A stretch of DNA of 64,000 nucleotides from the human T2T-CHM13v2.0 reference genome, Homo sapiens: NCBI RefSeq assembly GCF_009914755.1, contig NC_060942.1; one strand, 5' to 3'. The notes beneath the pieces are model-generated. The model was not told where the DNA came from, searched no databases, and saw only the letters and a program-made list of their open reading frames with translations. Made by a program: the position numbers and the translations under genes. Shown one piece after another: positions 29,484 through 42,642 of this stretch (its first letter is position 1; the number at the start of each line of letters is the position of its first letter).

Positions 29484-30579
29484 ATGTCATAGTTAAAGCA
29501 AATTGTATTTTTTCTTTAGGCGTTTTCATATAATTTTTTATAATTTGTGTTCACTGTTATTTTAGGAAAAAAAAGTGCTTCTATTTGATTAGTGTATTTT
29601 GTTTTGTTTGACTTTAAAAAATTATGCATTACAGAAGAGAAGCTATTGGAAAACTAGATATGTGAGAATGTGTAGAGCTCTAAATAAACTGTTCAGAACA
29701 TAGAATATACAACTTTTAGAGAAAAAGCAATGTGTGACTGCTAAAAGAAATAACAGGGAAATAATGAGATAAATGAAAAAAATATAAACGTACATATAAA
29801 TCAGCTGTGTCACTTCTATTAAATAAGTTCTATATATGTCTAAGACAAACTAAAAGGAAAAATACACAAGAAAGGGAGAAGAAAAAATGGAAAATAACTA
29901 AAAAATGAGAATTAAAATTAAAAATATGACACAATGTAAAAGAGGAAACGTAAAAAGGGAATTGTAGAAGTGAATCAGAAGTAAAAGATCAGGGACATAT
30001 GTTGCAAACCTTTGGAATGCTAGCAAATAATTTAGTAAAATATAAGGAAGTTATTATATATGCATTTTTTCAGTTCCAAAAGGAAAACAGGAAAAATATA
30101 CTAGGAAAAAGAAGTAAGTACTTACCTAATAGTATATGGTTGGAAGCGGGGCTAAGAAAAATAATAAGTACACTAAAAACAGAAAAAAATCACCAACTGC
30201 CCTCAATTTTGTAGGCAAGAACACTCAGTTTTGAAGATAGTGTGAAATACTACTACTACTTCTACTACCATTAGCAGCTATATTAGTTAGAATGCTGTAA
30301 GAAATAATAATTATTTAAATTTAATATAAGCAATAAACCTTTAGTTTTTTCTCTTCTACAGGAGTTTAGGAGGGTTGAATGCATCTCATATATTTTTACC
30401 TAGATATTCCAGATGAAGGAAGGCCTTATTGGTAAGTCTCATTTCCCAAGGAATCAAGAAGTCTGGAATCCAAGATACCAAAAGAGGTAACAGTTTTGCA
30501 AAAAAGGAAAGGTCCTCATCAATGAAAGTTCAAAGAAAGAAGGCCTGTGTGGGGGATGTAGATGTTTTAAGTAGGTAGG

Positions 30580-31138
30580 TGTTATAAAAGAGAGCTAGGA
30601 TGGCCTTCGCATGTTGGTCTCAAAGTTGTTTATTTCTTCACAGCAAGCTCAGACCTGTTAGCTCAAAAGCCTGCTCATGCCAAACTCAGATTTTTATACA
30701 TCCAATTGTTTTAGCATTGCTAAAATAAGCATATTTTTAGCCATTTAGAGCCTGCCTGCTTTGCATAACCCACAAATTTGTGCCCAACATCTGCTAACCA
30801 AAGATAATGTAAAACCCAGGGTTATAAAGACACAAGCTACTGCATCCCATTGGAGCTCTCTGACCCAAAGACTTCCCACCGTGCTGCTAAAAAACATTAT
30901 GTAGACACATAACCCTCCTCTCCAATCCCCTTCTCCTCGAGGAGTCCCTTTGTGCTCCTTCCATTCTGGATGGTGGCCCCCATGTTGCCATGGTCTTGAG
31001 AGTTTCATGCTCTGAGGGACTCTCCTCACATGCAAGCTTTTCAAAGAGTCCCCCAAATCAAGCTTGTGTGATCTACTGCAACCTGTTGTTTATATCTTTC
31101 TTTCTTACTCATCCCCCACATCCCTTGAAGTCCCAACA
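30580..31138 (+). mobile_element. ERVL-class solo LTR (MER74/MER73-like) with 5-bp TSD GTAGG
   Basis: TG...CA termini; GTAGG at 30575-30579 and 31139-31143; 'agcctgcctgctttgcata...cccaacatctgcta' motif. Family name tentative. Confidence 0.75.
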
Positions 31139-31594
31139 GTAGGAAAACAACTGAATACGTGTTCTGGCTATACTTATCTTTGATGTTTCACAGAAGCTAA
31201 TATACTTGCAGAAAGAAGTGAAAAATCTTAAGAAGAGTCAGAAGAGATTTAGAATAACTTGACTGTTGGGAATGTGATGGGGGCCTAATTATATGTGTTT
31301 TCAGGCTGATCAAGTGAAAATGAAAACGATGAACTTATTGTAGTTCACTCCACATCATTTTTGTTTTTGATTTTTCTATTGCATTGTTCAGCATTCGTGT
31401 GGCAAATAAAAGATGGAAGTTTATGTTGATACAGTGTTTGACATTTCTATAAATGGGGAAATGAATAGCAGAAGGAGTCAAAAGGTTAAAAGTGTAGGTA
31501 CAACTCTATAATGAGGGTCTATATGATCTCAGTTATAGAAAAGTAAGTGATAGTAGAATAATAGATTGGAATAAATTTTAAAAATATATTAGAG

Positions 31595-31974
31595 CAGGTC
31601 TGTCCAATAGAACTTTCTGTAAAGATAGGAATATTCTATAATATTGATGTTTAATATAATGTTTGCTAGCTGCTTGTGACTACTAAACACTTGAAATGTG
31701 GCTAGAGTGTCTGAAAAACAGAATCTAATTGTATTTTTTTATTTTTTAATTTTATTTATTATTTATTCTTTAGTGATGAGTTCTCACTATGCTGCCCAGG
31801 TTGGTCTCAAACTCTTGGTCTTGGGCTCAAGCAATCCTCCTGCTCTGTCTCCTGAGTAGGTGAGACTACAGGTGCACACCATCATGCCCAGCTAATTGTA
31901 TTTAATTTTAATTACTTATAATTAAAGTTTAAATAGCATCATGCAGGTAGTGGCTATCACACAGAACAGCACAG
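31595..31974 (+). mobile_element. MER3 hAT-Charlie MITE, interrupted by a FLAM
   Basis: 'ctgtccaatagaactttctg...cacttgaaatgtggctag' resumes after the FLAM as 'tttaaatagc...tagtggcta...acagcacag'. Flanks tattagag/ttctagag fit an 8-bp hAT TSD. Confidence 0.85.
31737..31892 (-). mobile_element. FLAM (free left Alu monomer), TSD TAATTGTATTT
   Basis: Single Alu monomer 'ctcactatgctgcccaggttggtctcaaactc...gggctcaagcaatcctcc'. TSD at 31726-31736 and 31893-31903. Confidence 0.85.
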
Positions 31975-32502
31975 TTCTAGAGATTGGATAAATCAATAAA
32001 CCTAGCACTTGTGGACAGATCTGAGTTTAATGTTTTAAAAGCTGAGCTCATTTATAGTATGTTAATGTAGGAAATATAAAGATCATTTGACAAAGCTGAA
32101 TTGATTTTTCTTAAATTGCTTTAATAGGCCTATGAGGAAGTACTATAATAAAAGCCTACTTATGCTCATACCTGGAGGGATTAGGCAAGGTTTTCCCAGT
32201 GACAGGCCTATTTGAGTTGTGTTTTCTCCTCTGCTTTGGAAGGCAGTAAGTCAATTCTAATATAGGTGTTGATCTGTTGACAAATGATGAGTTACCATTT
32301 AACATGGAAATCTGTTTATATTTGTAGGATACATTAAACTGTGAGGAACCAGTAAGTTGTGCCAGAAATGTATCCTCGTGTTTGATGAAAAAACAAGCAA
32401 GCAAACAAACTCTGAAGGAAATGAGAGGGAAGAAAGGAAGAAGTGAGGCATAAACCAAGGGAAAATTGAGGCATATTTTCTTAATAGAAGTAAGATGCGA
32501 TG

Positions 32503-32874
32503 TGATATGGTTTGGCTCTGTGTCCCCACCCAAATGTCATTTTGAATTGTAATCCCCATAATCCCCACGTGTCAAGGGAGGGACCTGGTGGGAGGTGATT
32601 GGATCATGGGGGCAGTTTCCCCCCTGCTGTTCATGTGATAGTTAGTGAGTTCTCACGAGAGCTGATGGTTTTATAAGCATCTGACATTTCCCCTGCTTCT
32701 CTCACCTGCCGCCATTTCAGACGCGCCTTTTCTTCTCCTTTGCCTTCTGTTCTGATTGTAAGTTTCCTAAGGCCTCCCAACCATTCAGAACTGTGAGTCA
32801 ATTAAACCCCCTTCCTTTATAAAGTACCCCTTCTTGGGTATTTCTGTACAGCGGTGTGTAAAGGGACTAATACA
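32503..32874 (+). mobile_element. THE1 (C/D-like) solo LTR
   Basis: 'tgatatggtttggctctgtgtccccacccaaat' ... 'ggactaataca'. Flanks cgatg/ctatg fit a decayed 5-bp TSD. Confidence 0.92.
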
Positions 32875-34619
32875 CTATGCATTCCATATCTTGTTTATTG
32901 TCTTTTATAAACTCTATTTTTCCCAAATGATTTCTGGTTTGTAACCTTGGGTTTTTCAAGCTGATACTTCCAATTTCTTCTAAAAGATCCAGTTTGTTGA
33001 TCTGTTATCCATTTGGTCTACAAATAATTATATTAAACTCCACTTTAATTAGCTTCTTCAAACTGTTTTAGAGGCTACATTCACTATGAAAATAAGATCA
33101 ACAAAATATGGCAACCAGATTCTCAATGAATATTTGATAAGTGTTGATGTATGAAGATTTTGATAGTCTGCAGTATGTGTATTTATTGTACTAAAATGAA
33201 ATCTGGAAAACTCTCTGATTTACAAATTCCAAAGTTGCCTTTCTTCCCACAATCTCACCTAGACTTACATGCTCATAATATAAACCCATTTTCTTTTGAG
33301 CATTTTAATACAGAGGGTAAGAGATGATCATATGCAATCACCTTATGCTTTGCTTTCTTTTCTATATAGGACAGAGAAAATGCCATTTTTAAATTCCCAT
33401 GGTATCTCTATAGTGGCTTTTAAAAAGTGGTTATTTTTGAAATCAGCAAGATAATTTTTTGTTTCAACATATGGTACTTAGTTGTTTCTCAGCTGAGGAG
33501 GAAGAAAAAAAGTATTTTATGCAGGCAAATCATTTATATGACTTGCAAATTTTCTAAAGTTGCTGACTACTGACATTATAGTTTTCTAAACTATGCCACC
33601 CTATTTGGAAGTTTTGATTTTCTATTATGCCTAGAGTTTTAATTGTTTTTATTTAGTCAGTTTATCAGAATAGCATTTAGGTAGTATTGATGTTCATTTT
33701 CATCCTTGTAAAGGAAAAATTTTTACAACAGGCAGCCCATTTCAGTGGCACTAAGAACTAAATATGTACCTATATTTCTGTCTATATCTATATTAATATA
33801 TCCAAGGTCAGCAAGAATTTTTATATGAAATTTAAGAGGTTATGTGCTCTCTGTTTATTCCCTAATGATTTCAGCATATCATAGACACATTCTCACTTAT
33901 TGGTATTATTGTCCAAGAATCACAGGAAGGATCCTATAAATGCATGAGGGTGCTTTAATTGTGACTAATTCACATTCTCATGCATAGAAGAATATTTAGT
34001 TTAGTTCAGCATACTAATTACAACATTTCCATAGGGTAGAAAAAATAGAGCAGAGTCAAAACTACTTGTAAGTAGAACATTTGAAACAAAGATATAAATA
34101 TCACCTACTTAAGCACCTTATTATGCCCTAAATTAGACTGGAGATCAGACATCCAAGGTATTAGTACTCTAATTTTTCTTCCTAAGGTATAAAAGGGAAG
34201 CTAGTGTCATAGCCAGAACCGGTACTAATATCTTGGATGCCTGATCACCAGCCAATTGTAATCGCTGTGTGTATGTGTTTACATCACTGAATGAGGACAT
34301 TCTATTTGTAGTTAAGCCTTTGTCTTACTGCTTTTTTCAAATAAAAAAATACAATAGGTTACATAGTATATTAATAGGCATTCAGGAAAGAATGCATCAA
34401 CTAATTTTTAAAAATGAGGATCAACATCAATTGTTTATATTTCTTTAAAATTAAAGCAAAGAAAACCACAGAAGCAGAGGGAAAATTAATTAAGGTTAAA
34501 ATAAATATTCACAGGGGAAACTTCCAAACTCCAGTAAGGGGGTCCTTCATACCAATGTCCCTAACCCACTCATGCCTACTCTTTGATATCTGATAATCCT
34601 TAAGAATAATGTTTAAAAA

Positions 34620-34785
34620 TGCAACATCTGGATTCAATTTTGCCTGGGTTCAAATTGCAGCTATGCCATTTAGTTGCTGTATAAACTTGACCAAAATTAC
34701 TTGTGCCTCAGTTTATTTTATGTTAAATGGGAGGGACATTATACGAGGACAGCTCCCAGAAAATGCACTATTAAATGTTTGTAAT
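34620..34785 (+). mobile_element. MIR
   Basis: 'tgcctgggttcaaattgcagctatgccatttagttgctgtataaacttgaccaa...tgtgcctcagttt'. Confidence 0.75.
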
Positions 34786-34796
34786 TGTTGTTGTTA

Positions 34797-35122
34797 TTTT
34801 TTAAAATTTATTTACTTTTTTTTTTTTTATTTATTTTTTTGAGAAGGAGTCTCGCCCTGTCACCCAGGCTGGAGTGCAGTGGCGCTATCTCGGCTCACTG
34901 AAAACTCTGCCTCCCGGGTTCATGCCATTCTCCTGCCTCAGCCTCCCAAGTAGCTGGGACTACAGGTGCCCGCCACCACGCCCGGCTAATTTTTTGTATT
35001 TATAGTAGAGATGGGGTTTCACCGTGTTGGCCAGGGTGGTCTCGATCTCCTGACCTTGTGATCCACCCACCTCAGCCTCCCAAAGTGCTGGGATTACAGG
35101 CCGTGAGCCACCACCCTCGGCC
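34797..35122 (-). mobile_element. AluY (older, partly CpG-decayed)
   Basis: 'gggttcatgccattctcc', 'accgtgttggccagggtggtctcgatctcctgaccttgtgatcc'. Confidence 0.93.
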
Positions 35123-37339
35123 TATTATTTGTTTTTATTTTTATTTTGACTTCTCTGATACAGTGGCATCTTTAAGCATAGATGAATATTTCCTGGTCAA
35201 AACAATTCAGTCAGGTACCCTGAACATCAGCAACTTACTGAGGGCACAGAGAGGTTCCCTCTAATGATTTCCCTAGTTTCATAAAATGCTTTTACAAATT
35301 CTCCTTTATAATAAAAAAGTCAAAGACAGTTATTAAAAGACAATTACTCTAAATATATGTATTCAAATATATAGTCATATATTGACCACTGATATGATTC
35401 TTTTTTTATTGCCACTGTGAAGCCAGTTGTGGAACTATAGAAAAAATATTTTATGTTTCTTTATGCTTATGGCTTTCTGAGCATCCTTAAGTATAGAGAA
35501 AATAAAATATTTTTTATAGTACCACAACTGGATTTAACCTTTAAAAATAAGCTAACAGAAAAGATGAATTGAATTAGTGGACAATATATGACCAGAACAG
35601 ATACTCGGACTTCCTGAGATTTGCTGGCTTGTAAAATAATTTGTCACTCAACTAGAACTGATTCATACTGAAGTCCATGGGTATTTGGACAAGTACTTGG
35701 TTTGAAAAGGAGTACAGGCAGTAATTTTTAAGTTGCTTGAAATAAAGTTGTTGAAAAACCTGAAATGTATCCTGAAAATATGGTGCACTAAACAATAAAA
35801 AGCAATTATTGAACAGTTAATTCTGTAGAGAATACATTTTATAAAAAAATCTAATCTGAAATATTAATATAATTATTTTCCACAGAGAGTATGACTGAAA
35901 GCTAAAATAATTGCTTTTTAAATTAATTTGCACATTATAATACATATGATAAAACTACAGCTTATAAATGAGTAAACACTAAAAAAATATAAAACAAAAA
36001 CAGAAACAAAACTGCATTTAAGCCAATTGGAACAGAACTTCCTAAGATAAATTTACAGAAATAGCAGTAAGCTACAACATTCTTATTTAGAGGTGGAGAG
36101 ATTAAAATTTCATAAATTTATTATTTCAATAATTTTATTTCTCTTTGTTATTTGGTTTTTGCAAACAAATAAATTGTACTTGTGTTTGTTTAATGAAGTT
36201 TATTCAAAAAATAACTTCTGCAGAGATTCATCAATGATATTCATAAGTGGAATTCATGAGAGAAGCATTAAATATCCTGCAATTTGCATGCAGGATATTT
36301 TTATTCTTAAAATAATTCTGACATATTCCTTTTGTAGTATTCAATTTCTCTATGATAATGTAAAAAAAAGACTTATGTAAAGTGGAAACTTCAAAGAGAC
36401 TTTACTAATAGCTTGGAGTAAGTCCGTTAATTTTAGTATTTTTGTCTGTAAAACTGAGATGGACAAAAAAAATGGAAACATTAAATTTCATTATTAAAAA
36501 GTAAAACTTTCTTTAAAGCATTGCTGTTTATTAATGCTCTATCTAGTATAATTATAAGGAAAAATATAAATGATTCTTTTTCATTTAAGTTTCACCTTTA
36601 TAACTTGTTGCTAAATGTGTAAGCATTTTGATTCTCTGAAACAAATAACAGCAATCTACATATTTGCTTTAATGGCATTAATAGTTAATGAAGACTTCTA
36701 TACATGCAATAGTTAAAATCATATTCTTAGTTTTCTCTATTACTGGCCTCAAAAATGGCTTAAATATTCTCAGGGAAATAAAAAAGTTCTAGTGTTAAGA
36801 TAATAGTTATTTGTCCAGGTGAATTATTATTGACATTCAGGCAATTTTATCATAGAGTGGTTTCTGACTTGAACTTCAATAGAATTATTATTACCTCTCC
36901 TCTTATGTGCACATTACTAATTCTATTAACTATAAGAGAAAAGAAATGCTTCACTTCAATACTTGGAGACTTAATCCTTGCATTTGATTGAACTCTCCAT
37001 GTGGAAAAAGTGAACCTGGGCGTGCAACTTAAGTTTTGTGCAGTTCAAGTAAATGAAAAAGCCCTAGGCCTGACACTAATCTTTTGAATTTATAGATTTC
37101 TTATTTGGCAGCACAAACTGTTTGGCTTATTTTGCTGTAGTTGTAAAATGAGCTACTACCTAAATTCTAGCAGGAGAGTCTGACCCATGAGAGTATTTCA
37201 CTGCTGAAACAAGTGATTGCTTAAATCTAAATTTTGTATTAAAATTAAAATTAATAAAAATAAATTACTTGTTCACTACTTATATTATTCCCTCATGGTT
37301 CTCCTTATTTCTATCATAACACTTTCAATAATTTCTTCA

Positions 37340-37446
37340 GTGGTTTTGTCTTTGAGGAATGGATAAAACCTGATTTATTTGTAATTCTTCAGCACCTTGG
37401 ACAGTGTCTGTGCATAGAAACAGTAATTTATTTGTTGAATCAATGA
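37340..37446 (+). mobile_element. L2 3' end
   Basis: 'cagcaccttggacagtgtctgtgcatag...tatttgttgaatcaatga'. Confidence 0.6.
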
Positions 37447-37955
37447 TTGCAATTATGTGCTTAGGTACCTGGGGCATTTGATAATAAAAGACCAGGCAGC
37501 ATTACCAGAGGTGGCTATTTTTCAAACATTTATATGATTATATATCTTAACACTTTTATTATACTTTTTTTCTATTAGTTCAACGGAGCCACAGAAATGA
37601 TCTAATATTTCCACCAGGTCATGTTATAAATTTAATAACAGATTTGGGCATATGTTTGGAATAATATTCTAGATTCCAAACCAAGAAACATCTAAAAACA
37701 CAAATATTTCCAGCTTCCATATTCAAAGGGCAATATAATGAATGTTACTCATAATGTAACATGTTAATTGTGGCCAGACTCATACCTTTGCTTAAGTTGG
37801 TGTTCATAGGTTCACTATAAAACTAGAAAACAAGTAATACAAACATTATACTATATAAGAGCTACATAGATCCTTGAATTATCCTTTTTTCCGCAAAGAA
37901 AAAAAGCAGGACAGATCAAAAGAGCCAAGACTCTGAAGTTTAAACCATTATGCCA

Positions 37956-38031
37956 GAAGAAAATGTATTAGCAATCAGCCCATGAAGAAAACATATCAGC
38001 AATCAGGGCATGAAGAAAACATGTCAGCAAT
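37956..38031. repeat. 28-bp tandem repeat, ~2.7 copies
   Basis: agcaatcagcccatgaagaaaacatatc (37970-37997) and agcaatcagggcatgaagaaaacatgtc (37998-38025), with partial copies on both sides. Confidence 0.9.
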
Positions 38032-38837
38032 ATGAGGTCTTTCTAATACTAAAGCTACATGCAGACTTTTACTTTTGATTTCTTACTATATGGCCAGTCC
38101 CGAAAATGGCTTATTCATGGCCTTAAATCAACTGGATAGTCCTTGAGACATCTACCTCTTGAACTGAAGTATACCAACTGCTTGTCCTTTTCTTTTTGTT
38201 CTGTGCTGTGCATATATGTGCTACAACTAATCTGTAGAGTAAGGGTGAGTTTTCCCTGGAAAATTGATTTTTCATTTAATTTCCTTTCATGGCAAGATTA
38301 GATTGCAAAGCTTAGTGGCCCTTTATGATTTCTTTTATTTTTAAGAAATTCACTTGAGTGCTACTTGATCATTAGATGAGATATAATCCTTGATGAAAAA
38401 TTTTGAATTATTCTTCACACCTGTTTTCTTGAGAAAATAGTAATTTTTTGAGGCAGAGAAGCAGTTAAGAGATATAATACATTTTGACTTTTCCAACTTC
38501 AATCAAATCTTAATAAAAAATTTGCATACTCATATTTATACATAAAGCAAAATACACAGAAATATATTATCTTGATATAAATAAAATTAAGGCTTGCTTT
38601 AAGCAACCGTGGATTGCCTGTAGATTACCTATATTTTCTACCTTTTTAAAACATCTCTCTTCACCTGCACGACCTCCCCTACTAAAGAATACAAGTGAGT
38701 TATATTATCATTTGGGGTCACCCTTCTGTAATCAAACTACATTGGACTCACTCTTATTTCTACTGTTCTGATCTCTAATTTCACATGGCCCAAGGACATG
38801 TGTTACTGAGTACACATTTCTCTAATTCCCTTTCAGC

Positions 38838-38843
<6 letters not shown>

Positions 38844-38889
<46 letters not shown>
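38844..38889 (+). repeat. (CA)23 microsatellite
   Basis: Directly visible perfect run. Confidence 0.97.
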
Positions 38890-38894
<5 letters not shown>

Positions 38895-39590
38895 AAGAAA
38901 AGAAAAAAAAGAAACAAAACAAAAACCAAAACCTTCTGATATTTTATTTTATCCTTTTTTAGCCAGAGCTATTGGCTGTCCCTCTAATAAGGAAGACAAA
39001 AAGGAAGGCCTTTTAAGAAGGAGAGTTATGGGTTATTTGCTTGCTAGATTAATAGTAATAAGTAACTTAACAGGCATGCTCAGTAAGTATTTATAGATAG
39101 GAAACTAGGTATCAGGAAGACTCTAATTAGAGATACAGATTTGCAAGGCATTTATATTGAGACTGAAGCCATGATTATTCTCAACAAATAGCATCTTGTA
39201 ATTGCTACAGCCTAATGTACACATATCCAATCCTGAGGAAGGATGGATTCTATTAAGTTGAAAAAGTGGTACATAAAAATGCAATCAGAGAACAAAAGAC
39301 AGATAGATTAAATCAATTTCAAGCATATGAAGTCTGAAATAAAATAATTTTAAGTATGTATTTATGTTATACTTGTAAAAATCTAGGGTTGGTTTAAATT
39401 ACATGATTATTTGTTCCCCTAATTCTACATTAAAATTAATGGTGAATTGGAAATAAGTTTGAATTTATATATGAAACAAGTAAATATATTTTCTTCTGCT
39501 CCTAATTTTGCCACACAACACACATATTTTTAATTTGTTCATTCACATAACAACTTGGTAATTACCTAATATACATTTTTTAGCAAATTA

Positions 39591-39916
39591 CAGTCATCCC
39601 TGGGTATCCCCTGGGGATTATTGCTTCCAGGACCTCCAGCTATCAAAATTTGCATATATTCAAGTTCCTGACATGAATGATGTAGTGTTTGTGTATAACT
39701 TATGTGCATTCTCCAATATATACTAATCATCCCGAGATTACTTATAATACCACATACAATGTAAATGCTATGTAAATATTTGTTATGCTGTGTTGTTTAG
39801 GACACAGTGACAAGAAAATCTATACATGTTCTGTACAGATGCAGTATATACTTAAATATTGTTGGTCTGTGGTTGGTTGAATCCATGGATGTGGAACCCA
39901 TGAATAATTAGGGCAG
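39591..39916 (+). mobile_element. MER2 (Tigger-derived MITE)
   Basis: 'ta|cagtcatccctgggtatcc...gagattacttataatac...acaatgtaaatgctatgtaaata...ggttggttgaatccatggatgtggaaccca'. Confidence 0.9.
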
Positions 39917-42019
39917 TATTTACATATCTAGGCTCATTTTCTCAACTGTAAAAAGTAAAAATGTTCATATAGCAATTGTGGTGATTCCATGACATGCCGT
40001 GTGATAGCAGATAGCAACCATCATATCACCTGCCAAATAGTAATTTATTCATTTCCTTTATTTAATTTTGGTATAATTTATATTCATTGTTTAAATAACT
40101 TATTGTTTTCTATCCTTGAGCCAAATATTATGTTACTCCATGTTTTTCCACCTTCTATTTGTTCGTCAACCAAATATAAAATTTTCAGGTGGTGCTGAGT
40201 GCCCACAGCCATTGCCAGAAGCATAGAGGCAATTGATTTGATAGTTGTTGTTTTTGGATCACTGTGAGTCTGGCACTTCTAAGGATCTTCTGCAGCCAAC
40301 CCAGCTTGGCTCACGGGGCAATATCAACTCCCAGGCCAATATGAGAAACCTGCTGAGTAAAATAAATCACTTGAAGTGGTACAAAAGCAAGATTTTATTT
40401 TATTCTTATTTTTCAGTCCCCAAATGTGTTGACCTTCTTCCACCAAAAACGTCCTCTATCTAGAGACCACAGGTGGCAGAAGGATCTTTGAAAGATATAG
40501 TGACAGAATAAACAACCACCTACTTATTAATATTAGAATGTAATATCAAATAAAGAGGGTACAAAAAATTTTTTAAGATTAAACAATGACATCATATTTT
40601 AGGCTTAATGATATCCTCTCTAATTTAATTCAGATTCCATCTCTATCAATCTAGGTAGAAATAGTCATAAGCTCCCTCAGATTTTTTTCCTAAAAATTAA
40701 CTTCAATGTTTTAGAATGATAAATATTTAAGAAATTACTTCTCCTTATTGCTAATTGGAGTATCACCACTGCTTTTGATAAAAATTATTATTTTTTAATT
40801 CTGAAAATGAGTGAATAATACGTATTTGAAGCTGTGTTTCTTTAAAAGTTTGCTTGGTTTTAAAATACTTGTTGGTTCCTATATTCTGATATGTTAGTGG
40901 AATGAGAAAAGTCAAAGTTTCTGAAAGGGCCCAAAATCCTCTCTTTCATTGTTAAGGGTGTTAAGGTTTACTGAACACTATGTAGAGTTACCTCTGCCCT
41001 AAAAGACTGAAGTATTTCAAAAACACTTAATTGTGTGCAACTTAATTCCTGAGACAGATTTATGTTTAGAACACGGGCTCATTCAAACACTGTTGAGCAA
41101 ATTAATCCATTATTTTTAATTTAAACAAGATTTTTTATTTAAATTATATCAATTTTGCTAATTGAAAAATTTTGCCAGTTTTTACAGTGAGCAAATGAGT
41201 ATAACAATTGCCTATGTAATTGCTATTAGAGTAAAAAAGATCAACATTTAGAAGCAGAAATTCTCCTCCACAATAATTCTGTGTCTTTGTAAGAGCCAGC
41301 TGTCCTCAACCACAATTGTTTTCATCTGTGTAGTTGCAATGACGACACCTCCTCTATCACTCATCGAGATTATTATGGTTATAATCCTTGATGGGATTTT
41401 GAGCTATTGGATTGAATGTTAACACAAAGATAATGTAATTCTGTTTCAAAACTGCTGTAAAACCCCCTTTATACTTCTTTAGCAGTTCATTTTATAGCAC
41501 TATTTATTTTTATATATTTGTTAATTTATTTACTGCTTACTAATTGTTACCAACCTCTTTGGGAACCTCTCCAGACATCTATATGACTCTTAAATGCTTT
41601 GATAGAGATATAGACATAATGCTAATCTAAAATACATGGGAAAGTTAGACTCTTCTAAATGGGAAAACGATTATCTCAGAACAGTTCTTAATATTGCCGT
41701 CTTTGTATTTTAATATCATAATATCATAACCAAAAAACCTCGTACCTTTTAACAGCACTGTGTTAAGGTTTGTATCCTTTTACTCTTCTGGTATAGTGAT
41801 AGTTGTACATTACATTAGTTATGGGGACAACACTAAAATGCTGTTTTTTAAAAATTGGGCTTATGATTGAACAATTTTGGAAGGGCATATTAATTTTTTA
41901 TGAGAAGGCTTATACATTACATCATATACTCTTGCAGTAGAGTTAAAAGCATCAATGAAAGTCATTGTAGTGATGACCAGCTTGGGAAACCACAAATAGG
42001 CACAACTGCAAGAATAGCC

Positions 42020-42490
42020 TATGTGCTATGTAATGGTTTGAATTGATAGATTGTGATGCCATTTCATTAATTGGAACTTGGAGAGGTTCACTTCTGGTAG
42101 GAATAAAACAAGTTCAAACTTAAATATATAGCGGGTGAGGGATATTTATGGCATCAGAAAGGTGGTGTCAATCAGACTGCAAAGTGCTGGAAGCGTGGAG
42201 TTCATAGTTGTGGCCTGAACATTACTATCATCTGCAATTGAGGGAGAGGGAGGGGCAGTTGAATCTAGATTTGTGGATTATGTCTCTCAGAAAAAGGGTA
42301 GCAAGCAGAACAGAAAAAGACTGAAGATCAAGCTTTTAGAAATCTCTAACATATAAAAGACTGACATGAGAGAAAGAGTCAGCTAAGGTGACAGAAGTTA
42401 ATAACAAGGGGTTAAGCAGAAATCAAGAGTGTATTCTGTTCTAGTAGTTTTTAAAAATGATGCAGGAAGGACAGTGATCAACAAAGAGAA
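42020..42490 (-). mobile_element. L2 remnant
   Basis: Degraded antisense L2 motifs ('gtgatgccatttcattaa', 'gagaaagagtcagctaagg', 'agaaatcaagagtgtattctgt'). Confidence 0.5.
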
Positions 42491-42642
42491 ACATATTTTA
42501 GACATTAAATACAAGTGGACAAATGCTTGTTACAAATGCAAACAAACATATACATTCAATTAAGAGCATAGGATAATTCCTGTGTCCATGGCACTGTGCT
42601 AGGTGATTGGGATTTGCAAGCTGTATTTTAAATATGTGAGTA

